A DNA stretch of 21,127 bases from Macrostomum lignano. Its lineage: Eukaryota. A program made the translations under genes and the position numbers. Shown here in pieces: positions 9,276 to 18,847 of this stretch. Below the pieces are notes generated by a model, which was not told where the DNA came from, ran no database searches, and saw nothing but the letters and a program-made list of their open reading frames with translations. Position 1 is the first letter of the stretch; each line of letters starts with the position of its first letter. Location: contig NIVC01005209.1 of NCBI GenBank assembly GCA_002269645.1, positions 1 through 21,127 on the forward strand, in the 5' to 3' direction.

Positions 9276-9366
9276 TACGAGTACGAGCGTTAATTATTAA
9301 ATGGGGAGTTTCGGGCACAGTTCGGGGAATAAACGCATCAGCTTTCCAACAGCTCCGCCAACTCCT

Positions 9367-11310
9367 TCAGTCCGAGTTGCGGCTGGCGGAAGGCGAACCC
9401 GTGACCTCCACGGGCGGGGCGTCCGCAGCGCCGCCGCCTCCGCCGCGCCGCTTCGAAGATTCGCCGCCGGCTTTCTTGGAGCTGCGCCGCGAGGCCTCAA
9501 GGCCGCGGCTCCAGTCGCCGCGCGGGGCGTCGCTGTAGGCCGAGGGGTCCATCGGGTCCACAGCCGCCCCCCGCTTGTCGCCGCCTCCTCCGTCCTCGCC
9601 GCCGCTGCCGCTGCCGCCGGAGCTGCGACGTCGCCGCCGATGGTGCCGCCTGCGCCTGTGGTGGCGATGGTGCCGCTCGCCGCCGCTGCTGGAGCCGCCG
9701 CTGCTGCTGCGGCTGCGGCTTCGCCGGTGGCGCCTCCGCCGGCGGTGGTCGCGCCGCTGCCGCTGCCGATCGTCCTCGGCTTCGTCGTCGCCGCGGGCGG
9801 TAGCGGCGGAGGATGCGGCGGCGTCGCCGGACTCCTGCTGGGCGGCCCGGGCGGCCTCCAGCTCGGCTGCCTTGGCGGCCGCCTGGGCGGCCATGCGCTC
9901 GTCCTGGCGCTGGCGCTCCTCCAGGCGCAGCTTCTCCGCCGCCTCAGACAGGACGGCGCGCGGGTGGCCCGGAGACAGCCAAGAGACCTGGGGGCAAATC
10001 AGTCTCAGTATCAGACTCGAATAGAATCTTTGATCCCCAGATCCATAAACTAAAAATGGTCTGTCTGTGTCTATCTATCTATGTGATCGATTAGAGAAAA
10101 AATGGCTCAACCGATTTTGTTCAAACTTCAGATCAAAATTTCAGATCTCAGATCTACTCTCGCTGTTCTCACTGAATATCATATCTACTCTCACTGAATA
10201 CCATATCTACTCTCACTGAATGTCAGATCGACTGTCTCCGAATCTCAAATTTACTCTCACAGAATCTCAGATCTAGTCTTACTGAATCTCAGATCTAGTC
10301 TCACTGAATCTCAGATCTACTCTCACTTAATCTCAGATCAACTCTCACCGGATCTCAGATCAACTCTCCAAATCTCTTCAAATCTCAGACCTACTCTCAC
10401 TGAATCTACTCCGAATCTACTCTACTGAATCTGAATCTACTGAATCTACTCTCCAAACCTCAGATCTAGTCTCACTGAATCTCAGATCTACTCTCACTGA
10501 ATCTCAGATCTACTCTCACTGAATCTCAGATCTACTCTCACTGAATCTCAGATTTACTCTTACTGAATCTCAGATCTATTCTCACTGAATCTCAGATCTA
10601 CTCTCACTGAATCTCAGATCGCCTCTTAATTAATCTCAAAACTAGTCTGACAGAATTTCAGATCTAGTCTCACTAAATCTCAGATCCAGTCTCACAGAAT
10701 CTCAGATCTAGTCTCACTGAACCTCAGACCCAGTTGCAACAGCTCCACTGGAACTGCGCCGGCCACTCACCTGCTCGGTGGCGGCATTCCAGTAGTAGAA
10801 GCGGTTGGTGGCGGGGTCGGCCACCTCGTACCAGTCAGGCGGCAGCGGGAAGCGCCGCAGCATGTGGTCGCGCTTGGCCAGCATGCGCTTGTCGGGGCTG
10901 AACTTCAGCCGGCCCCAGCGCTTGAAGCAGAAGGCGCTGCAGTCGTGCCACAGGATGTGCCGGTTCGGGCACTTCGCCGTCCGGTGCACCGTGAGCTCGT
11001 CATCGTCCTCGTCGTCAGTGTTCTCGTCATCAGTGGCGCCCGTGGATGCCGCTTTGCTCTTTGTGGAGGCGGCCGGCTGCTTCTTGCCGCCCGCTGCCGG
11101 CCGGGCCGCCTCCGGCTCCTCCTCATCATCGCGGTGCTCAGCGAACACCTCCTCCTCCTCCTGCTGCTCCTTGCTCTCAGCTCCGTCCTCAGCTGCGGCA
11201 TCGGCGGGCCGCTCCTGGCTGGTGGCACCGCCGGCTCCTGCGCCATCGCCGCCGTCCTTGACGATGCCACGTCGCTTGAGGCGGGCAAGCAGGGCTGGCG
11301 GCAGCGGCAT
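9367..11310 (-). CDS. PQBP1: Polyglutamine-binding protein 1 homolog, 386 aa; join(complement) 10771-11310, 9367-9987
   Basis: N-terminus MPLPPALLARLKRRGI, WW domain LPPDWYEVADPATNRFYYWNAATEQ|VSWLSP (split by the phase-0 GT-AG intron 9988-10770), an Arg/Asp/Ser-rich polar region, and the hallmark DPMDPSAYSDAPRGDWSRGL. Confidence 0.93.
10135..10730. repeat. Degenerate about 22 bp minisatellite (ctcactgaatctcagatctact) in the PQBP1 intron
   Basis: Direct reading. More diverged than the other arrays, so boundaries are approximate. Confidence 0.88.
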
Positions 11311-11425
11311 GGTGAGATGTTCAAATGCTCGCTGCTGCTGGGATCAGCGAAGCCGATTGGCGCATGAATATGAGTACCAGTATTAAAAAGGAAATCGGAA
11401 ACTGAGATTTGTAATCCTTGGTTTG

Positions 11426-11912
11426 GGAGTGGGATCAGAGAGTGGTATTAGGGTGGGATGAGAGTGGGATCAGAGAGTGGGATCAGAGAGTGGGATCAGA
11501 GTGGGATCGGAGAGTGGGATTAGAGGGTGGGATCAGAGAGTAGGATTAGAGATTGGGATCAGACTGGGATCGGAGAGTGGGATTAGAGGGTGGGATCAGA
11601 GAGTAGGATTAGAGATTGGGATCAGACTGGGATCAGAGAGTGGGATTAGAGGGTGGGATCAGAGAGGGATCGGAGAGTGGGATCAGAGTGGGATTAGAGA
11701 GTGGGATCAGGGAGTGGGATCAGAGAGTGGGATTAGAGTATGGGATCAGAGTGGGATCAGGGAGTGGGATCAGAGAGTGGGATCAGAGTGGGATCAGAGG
11801 GTGGGATCAGAGAGTGGGATCAGAGAGTGGGATCAGAGAGTGGGATCAGAGAGTGGGATCAGAGAGTGGGATCAGAGAGTGGGATCAGAGTGGGATCAGA
11901 GAGTGGATTAGA
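11426..11912. repeat. 11-13 bp purine-rich minisatellite (gggatcagagagt) between PITRM1 and PQBP1
   Basis: Direct reading. Confidence 0.93.
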
Positions 11913-12009
11913 GGGATAGAGAACGGGTAAAGGAGACACAAAGAGCGTCAGTGTATTGATAAATTCTGCTAAGAAATGCAGCAGACTTGCTGGATCTGCT
12001 GAACTCCAA

Positions 12010-12015
12010 TTTATT
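12010..12015 (-). terminator. Candidate poly(A) signal (AATAAA) of PITRM1
   Basis: Plus-strand tttatt about 320 nt past the PITRM1 stop. Confidence 0.5.
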
Positions 12016-12331
12016 TTAGCAAAAGTGGAACTGTAAATCAATTATAAAAGCGAGTAAGCACTGGGCTGCTGATGGACAGTCTCCACTACAGAGCTTGGTG
12101 TTGAGCTGCAGACACACAGATGGCTGAATACTTGCTGCTGAGACACTGGATGTTAATTGCCGGGAACAAATGCTTATAGGAGAGCTGGGAAACAAGAGCT
12201 GGTCTAACAGAGTCAAAAACAGGATTTTCTAAGTAAACTTAAGAAGACTGGATATCGAACTCAGGACTCAGGGACCGTGTTTCGAAGGCCAGCCAGGTAG
12301 ACAGTCAGCCGGCCAATCAGAGGCCGGGCCG

Positions 12332-14086
12332 TCAGTCGATGGGCGAGCTGGTCCACTGCTTGAAGTCCAGCTCCAGGTTCCGGCAGCCGATGATCACCTT
12401 GTGCGTCTTCTGCTGCTGCCCGAGCGTCTCGGCGGCCGCCTGGCGCACCTCGGAGGTGTCCAGGTCGAATAGGCGGTCCCGCAGCTGCTGCCGCATGTCG
12501 TCGGTGACGCCGGTGAGGAAGAACTCCAGGCCACGCTTCTTGGGCGGCACCGGCATGTCGAGGGTCTTGAACACGGCCAGCTTGGCCTCCTCCAGGTCCG
12601 AGTCCGTCAGGCTGTCCACCCGGCCCGCCAGCCACTCGGCGCTGGCCGCGAAGGAGTCCAGGGTGGCCAGGAAGCGCGGGTCGCGGTAGGACATGAAGTA
12701 GAAGGCGCCGGGGGTGGCGCGGGCGCCGCTGCCGTAGGCGCCGCCGATCTCGCGGATCTCGCGGTGCAGGTAGCGGGAGGACAGGTGCGCTGCGGCCAGC
12801 ATGAGGGCGGGAAAGCGCGGATGGGTGACGGCCGGGCAGGGGAAGGCCTGGGCGCAGAAGTTCACCCCCATGGAGCCGACTTCGAAGTGCTCGAAGAGGC
12901 CGCCGCTGGCGGTTCCGGTGGCGCCGCCGCCGAGGTCGAAGCGCGGCTGCGGCGGCCTGGCAGCGGCTGCGTGGGCTGCGGCGTCGGCGACATCAAAGCC
13001 GGCCAGGAAGGCCTCAACCTCCTTGGCGCCCGTCTCCGGCTGGGGATTGCGGGGTGACATTGCGCTAATTAGCTCAGGTGCAGAGCGGCCAGGCACTCGG
13101 GAGGGGGACGTCAGGCACTCGGGTGATGGGAGGCCAGGCACTCGGGAGGGGGACGTCAGGCACTCGGGTGATGGGAGGCCAGGCACTCGGGTGATGGGAG
13201 GCCAGGCACTCGGGTGACGGGAGGCCAGGCACTCGGGTGATGGGAGGCCAGGCACTCGGGTGATGGGAGGCCAGGCACTCGGGTGATGGGAGGCCAGGCA
13301 CTCGGGTGATGGGAGGCCAGGCACTCGGGTGATGGGAGGCCAGGCACTCGGGTGATGGGAGGCCAGGCACTCGGGTGATGAGAGGCCAGACGCACCTTGG
13401 TGTTAGGAGCAATGGGATTTCACAATCACAGGTGCAAAGGCAAACCTGTTCCCCGGTAAGGCTGATGCAGAAGTTCTCCCGCCGGAAGGCAGTCCGGCAC
13501 AGGTCGGCGAGGTCCTCAGCCAGCGCGTCGAAGCCCGCGGGTTCGGCGGCGGCGGCCAGCTTGATGGCGCGCAGGCTGTCCAGGCCGGTCAGCAGGTCGG
13601 CCACCCGGCTGGACTCGCTGAGGCGGGCGGCGGCCCGGCCGGCGGCGAAGGCGTGGCCCTGGCCGGTGAGGCGGCTGACGAGGTCGGCGGCCTCCATGCG
13701 CAGCAGGTTGGCGAGGCGGTCGCGGGCGGCCCAGTCGGGCTGGGCGCAGATCTCCTGCCAGAGCTGCAGCACGCGGGGCAGGTTGGGCGCCAGGCAGCAG
13801 GCAGAGAAGACCAGGCCCGACTCGCAGCTGCTGGCGGCCTCGTCCGGCCGGGCGGTGGCGTAAGGCGTGCAGGCAAAGCCGCCGCTGACGAGGTCGATGG
13901 CCTCGGCGAGCTGGCCGTAGGGGGTGCGGGCGGTGCCCAGCTTGGGCAGCAACAGGCTCAGCAGGGGCAGCAGCCGCGTCTGGTTGGTGGACAAGTCGGA
14001 GAGGCGGAGCTTTGCCCTGCGGGTGGGCGGTGAGACTGCGGCTGGGGTGGGCGGACAGACGGACAGACAGGCAGACAGGCAGACAC

Positions 14087-14117
<31 letters not shown>

Positions 14118-14166
14118 GGCAGAAAGACAGACAGACAGAGACAGACAGACACTAAGACAGACACTA

Positions 14167-14221
<55 letters not shown>

Positions 14222-14312
14222 AAGACAGACAGAGACAGACAGACACTAAGACAGACACTAAGACAGACAGACAGACAGACATACAGACGGGCAGACAGAC
14301 AGACAGGCAGGC

Positions 14313-14361
<49 letters not shown>

Positions 14362-14364
14362 CTA

Positions 14365-14417
<53 letters not shown>

Positions 14418-14492
14418 TACAGACAGGCAGATAGACATACAGACAGGCAGACAGACAGGCAGGCAGACAGACAGGCAGGCAGACAGACAGGC

Positions 14493-14537
<45 letters not shown>

Positions 14538-14632
14538 GGCAGACAGACAGACAGACAGACAGACAGACAGGCAGGCAGACAGACAGGCAGACAGACAGAC
14601 ATACAGACGGGCAGACAGACAGACAGGCAGGC

Positions 14633-14681
<49 letters not shown>

Positions 14682-14684
14682 CTA

Positions 14685-14721
<37 letters not shown>

Positions 14722-14796
14722 TACAGACAGGCAGATAGACATACAGACAGGCAGACAGACAGGCAGGCAGACAGACAGGCAGGCAGACAGACAGGC

Positions 14797-14829
<33 letters not shown>

Positions 14830-14868
14830 GGCAGACAGACAGACAGACAGGCAGGCAGACAGACAGGC

Positions 14869-14905
<37 letters not shown>

Positions 14906-17900
14906 GGAAGGCAGGCAGACAGACAGGCAGGCAGGCAGACTTACCGAAAGTAGACGAGGCCGTTGGTGGGCTGCGGGCACAGCAGCAGGCGGTCGGGCAC
15001 GGCCCACTCGGTGCTCCAACGGGGCGCCTGTCGCGGCAGGTCGCCAAGCGCCAGCCGTGGCAGCGGCCCCGGGTCGGCCCGCGCTGTCTGCGCAGCCAGG
15101 AGCTCTTGGGCTTCGCGCCGGACAGCGGCGAGGTCGGCGTTGGCCGCTCGGGCAGTGGCGGCAGTTTTTTCAGCGGCCAGCAGGCGGTCAGCGTAACGGG
15201 CGGTCGGGTGCAGCGAGAGCGACAGTCGGTGGGGATTCGAGCGCCAGTGCCGGTCCACCAGGCTCTGCAGGCAGTTGGGAGATTAATGAGTACCGGTATG
15301 AGTAGCAGTAACATGGTATGTAGCTAGTAGTAGTCGTGTAAGCAGTATCAGTAGTATAATAAGCATTATGAGTAGTATAGTAAGCAGTATTAATAGTATT
15401 GTATTTGCAGGTGGCAAATAAGTACCTGCAGATAGCGCGGCTGTTCGGCCAGTGTCCGGCGCAGGTCTTCCAGCAGATCCTCGGCTGCCAGCAGCTCGGC
15501 CAGGTCGGCGCCGTGGTTGGCCGGACCGGCCAGCGCCAGGATCTTCTCCAGGCCGAAGTTGGCGCCCTCGTCGCGGAGGCCGAGCTCGACCTGGTGCAGC
15601 AGGGAGTCCACGTTGACCTGGCGGAATCCGGACCGGACAGTCTCGGCCAGGATGTCGTCGACACGCTGGCGGGCGGCGGCCACGGACTCGTCGGCGAGGC
15701 CCTTCAGGCCGATGTGGAAGGCCGTGTTGCGGCAGTCGGAGCTGAAGCCGTGCACGGGGGCGAAGGCGGTGCCGAGGCCGGACTCCAGCAGCCCCGAGTA
15801 GAAGGGCGACGTGTCACCTGGGAGCGGCGGGCCGGCGGCCTGAATTACCGAATTTTCTGCTGGATTCCCTGCTACTCGTCATCATAAATAGGGTCTGCTG
15901 CCTCTCAACCCCAATGCACACTTGCTTAAGAGGAAACTGCTGCGGGTCCCTCACCGGCTCTCCTGCCTGTCATGAGGGGATCCCAGGAGTCCCTCACCAG
16001 CTCTCCTGACTGGATCATGAGGGGATCCCAGGAGTCCCTCACCGGCTCTCCTGCCTGTGTCATGAGGGGATCCCAGGAGTCCCTCACCAGCTCTCCTGAC
16101 TGGATCATGAGGGGATCCCAGGAGTCCCTCACCAGCTCCCCTGACTGTCATGAGGGGATCCCAGGAGTCCCTCACCAGCTCCCCTGACTGTCATGAGGGG
16201 ATCCCAGGAGTCCCTCACCAGGCCTCCTGACTGTCATGAGGGGATCCCAGGAGTCCCTCACCAGCTCCCCTGACTGTCATGAGGGGATCCCAGGAGTCCC
16301 TCACCAGGCCTCCTGATTGGATCATGAGGGGATCCCAGGAGTCCCTCACCAGCTTCCCTGATTGGATCATGAAGGGATTCCGATGAGTCCCCAGAAGTTG
16401 AGCAGGAATTCCAACTATTCCAAGATAAGCCAGATGAAAGCGGCAAATATGCAACAATCGGCCTTCAAAAGATCACTATAAGACACCCAGCCTCTCTCAG
16501 CATGCCGCACCTTCGCAGAGCAGGGAGGACACGAAGTGCAGGTGGAAGTTGTCCCTGACTTGGCAGACGTCGCCAAACAGGAAGCTCTCGGCCAGGGTGA
16601 CCTGCCTGTCCGGCGGCAGGAAGGGGTTCAGCGGGCCGTCCACGCGGCCGGCGCGCGGCTTGGACCAGCGCGGCTCCAGCGGCACGGCGGTGGCGGAGCA
16701 GTCGATGCGGCCGAAGCCGGCCAGGCACTCGCTGTCCAAGAAGCGGAGGTGCTCGGCCAGCGGCAGGCTGCCGTAGGTGAACACGGTGGCGTTGGACGGG
16801 TGGTAGTGGCGCCTGTGGAACTGGAGCAGCTGCTCGTGGCTGAGCTCCGGGATGGCGCCGGGGAAGCCGCCGAAGTTGTGCCGGTAGGGCCCGGCGGGCA
16901 GCAGGTTCTGGCGGACGGCGTTGGAGAACAGCTGGTCGGGGTCGGAGAAGACGCCCTTCATCTCGTTGTACACCACGCCCTTGATGGTGATGGGAGACTG
17001 CGGCTCCTGCAGGTTGACGGGCTCGAGGCGCCAGCCCTCCTGGATAGGGAGGAGGTTCGATTCCTATTATCATTATATCATTGGATGCAATCATCAAGTG
17101 CCCTAAAAACCTGGGAGGCCATCTGATCACAATTGTCATCATCAAAACCCCAACATGCCAACAGTTCATAATCAGATGCTCTCTAAAATCCCAACAGTTC
17201 ATAATCAGATGCTCTAAAATCCCAACAGCTCATAATCAGATGCTCTAAAATCCCAACAGTTCATAATCAGATGCTCTAAAATCCCAACAGTTCATAATCA
17301 GATGCTCTAAAATCCCAACAGTTCATAATCAGATGCTCTCTAAAATCCCAACAGTTCATAATCAGATGCTCTAAAATCCCAACAGTTCATAATCAGATGC
17401 TCTCTAAAATCCCAACAGTTCATAATCAGATGCTCTCTAAAATCCCAACAGTTCATAATCAGATGCTCTAAAATCCCAACAGTTCATAATCAGATGCTCT
17501 AAAATCCCAACAGTTCATAATCAGATGCTCTCTAAAATCCCAACAGTTCATAATCAGATGCTCTAAAATCCCAACAGCTCATAATCAGATGCTCTAAAAT
17601 CCCAACAGTTCATAATCAGATGCTCTAAAATCCCAACAGCTCATAATCAGATGCTCTAAAATCCCAACAGTTCATAATCAGATGCTCTAAAATCCCAACA
17701 GTTCATAATCAGATGCTCTCTAAAATCCCAACAGTTCATAATCAGATGCTCTCTAAAATCCCAACAGTTCATAATCAGATGCTCTAAAATCCCAACAGTT
17801 CATAATCAGATGCTCTAAAATCCCAACAGTTCATAATCAGATGCTCTAAAATCCCAACAGCTCATAATCAGATGCTCTAAAATCCCAACAGTTCATAATC

Positions 17901-18706
17901 AGATGCTCTAAAATCCCAACAGCTCATAATCAGATGCTCTAAAATCCCAACAGTTCATAATCAGATGCTCTAAAATCCCAACAGTTCATAATCAGATGCT
18001 CTAAAATCCCAACAGTTCATAATCAGATGCTCTAAAATCCCAACAGTTCATAATCAGATGCTCTAAAATCCCAACAGTTCATAATCAGATGCTCTAAAAT
18101 CCCAACAGTTCATAATCAGATGCTCTAAAATCCCAACAGTTCATAATCAGATGCTCTAAAATCCCAACAGTTCATAATCAGATGCTCTAAAATCCCAACA
18201 GCTCATAATCAGATCCCAAATCTCAAGCAGTTGAAATCCCTAAACCACGGGCAGCCAGCGCTCACCTGCAGAAAGTCCATCCTGCTGAGCAGCGGGTGAA
18301 ACACGGCGTCCAGGTAAACAGAGAAGAGGTTGTAGAAGTCGGTGGGGTTCTGAGTAGAGCAGGGGTAGATGGTGAAGTCGGGCGCAGTCATGGCGTTCAT
18401 GAAGGTGGCCTGGCTGCGGGTGAGCATCTTGAAGAACGGATCCCGCACCGGGTACTTGGCGGAGCCGCAGAGCACGCTGTGCTCAAGGATGTGCGGCGCC
18501 CCGGTGCTGTCAGTCGGGGTGGTCCGCAGCTGGATGGCGAAGGCGTTGTTGGCGTCCTGGCGAGCCAGGTGCACCAGGCGGCAGCCCGTGGCCTCGTGCA
18601 CCAGCTCCTCCAGGGTCAGGCGGAAGGTGGGCACCTGGGCGGAGCGCACGTGCCGGAAGCCGTGCAGCCCGGCGCCCACCGAGGACTGGACGAGACGGAC
18701 GGCCGA
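12332..18706 (-). CDS. PITRM1: Mitochondrial presequence protease (PreP, pitrilysin metallopeptidase 1, M16C), 5'-partial; join(complement) 18266-18706, 16511-17039, 15426-15817, 14945-15264, 13446-14016, 12332-13039
   Basis: Inverted zinc motif HILEH in DSTGAPHILEHSVLCGSAKYPVRDPFFKML, then FMNAMT, EGWRLE, GVVYNEMKG, QPTNGLVYFR and REIREIGGAYG...FMSYRDP. All five GT-AG introns have compatible phases (0,1,0,2,0), giving 2961 nt = 986 aa plus stop with no frameshift. The targeting-peptide exon must lie beyond 21127. Confidence 0.96.
13088..13389. repeat. 23 bp minisatellite (gccaggcactcgggtgatgggag), about 13 copies, in PITRM1 intron 13040-13445
   Basis: Direct reading. Confidence 0.95.
14054..14940. 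repeat. Compound (GACA)n/(GGCA)n tetranucleotide microsatellite filling PITRM1 intron 14017-14944
   Basis: Direct reading. It begins within the donor GTAAGT context on the minus strand. Confidence 0.97.
15338..15400. repeat. Three imperfect copies of a 21 bp unit (gtaagcagtatcagtagtata) in PITRM1 intron 15265-15425
   Basis: Units at 15338-15358, 15359-15379 and 15380-15400 align without gaps. Confidence 0.7.
15946..16380. repeat. 43-47 bp minisatellite (tcatgaggggatcccaggagtccctcaccagctcccctgactg), about 9-10 copies, in PITRM1 intron 15818-16510
   Basis: Direct reading. Confidence 0.94.
17158..18214. repeat. 31/33 bp AT-rich minisatellite (tctaaaatcccaacagttcataatcagatgc), about 33 copies, in PITRM1 intron 17040-18265
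   Basis: Direct reading. Confidence 0.97.
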
Positions 18707-18847
18707 CTGCAGCGGAGGCGTGGGGGGGGGGTCTGACAGGCTGCGTCCGGGTTCAGAATGCTTGCGGGTTTGCGTGTAAGGCCCAGGAGTTGAGGTTTGA
18801 GAGCTGGGGAGACTGGGTCAGATATGAGACTGTCAGGTGGGACAGAT

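Noticed and set aside
9301-10053. Plus-strand Ala/Pro/Arg-rich ORFs opposite PQBP1 (likewise 10805-11386, 12339-13217, 15399-15887, 16536-17126, 18296-18779)
   Set aside because: These are antisense shadows of GC3-rich coding exons, with no motifs or splice support.
11426-11912. Telomere-like G-rich repeat
   Set aside because: Occasional gggattag variants resemble TTAGGG, but the unit is 11-13 bp GGGATCAGAGAGT and there are no true telomeric hexamer runs.
13074-14438. 454 aa ORF with (VCLS)n and (PSAWPPITRVPGL)n ends
   Set aside because: This is read-through of one real PITRM1 exon (13446-14016) into flanking repeat-filled introns.
18677-18679. GTG start for PITRM1 from the ORF track
   Set aside because: The frame continues to a strong acceptor at 18707 (poly-C tract plus CAG), and no mitochondrial presequence is present. 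The true start is outside the window.
12332-18706. Bacterial or horizontally acquired M16 peptidase suggested by high GC
   Set aside because: It is split by canonical spliceosomal introns and its motifs match eukaryotic PITRM1/PreP.
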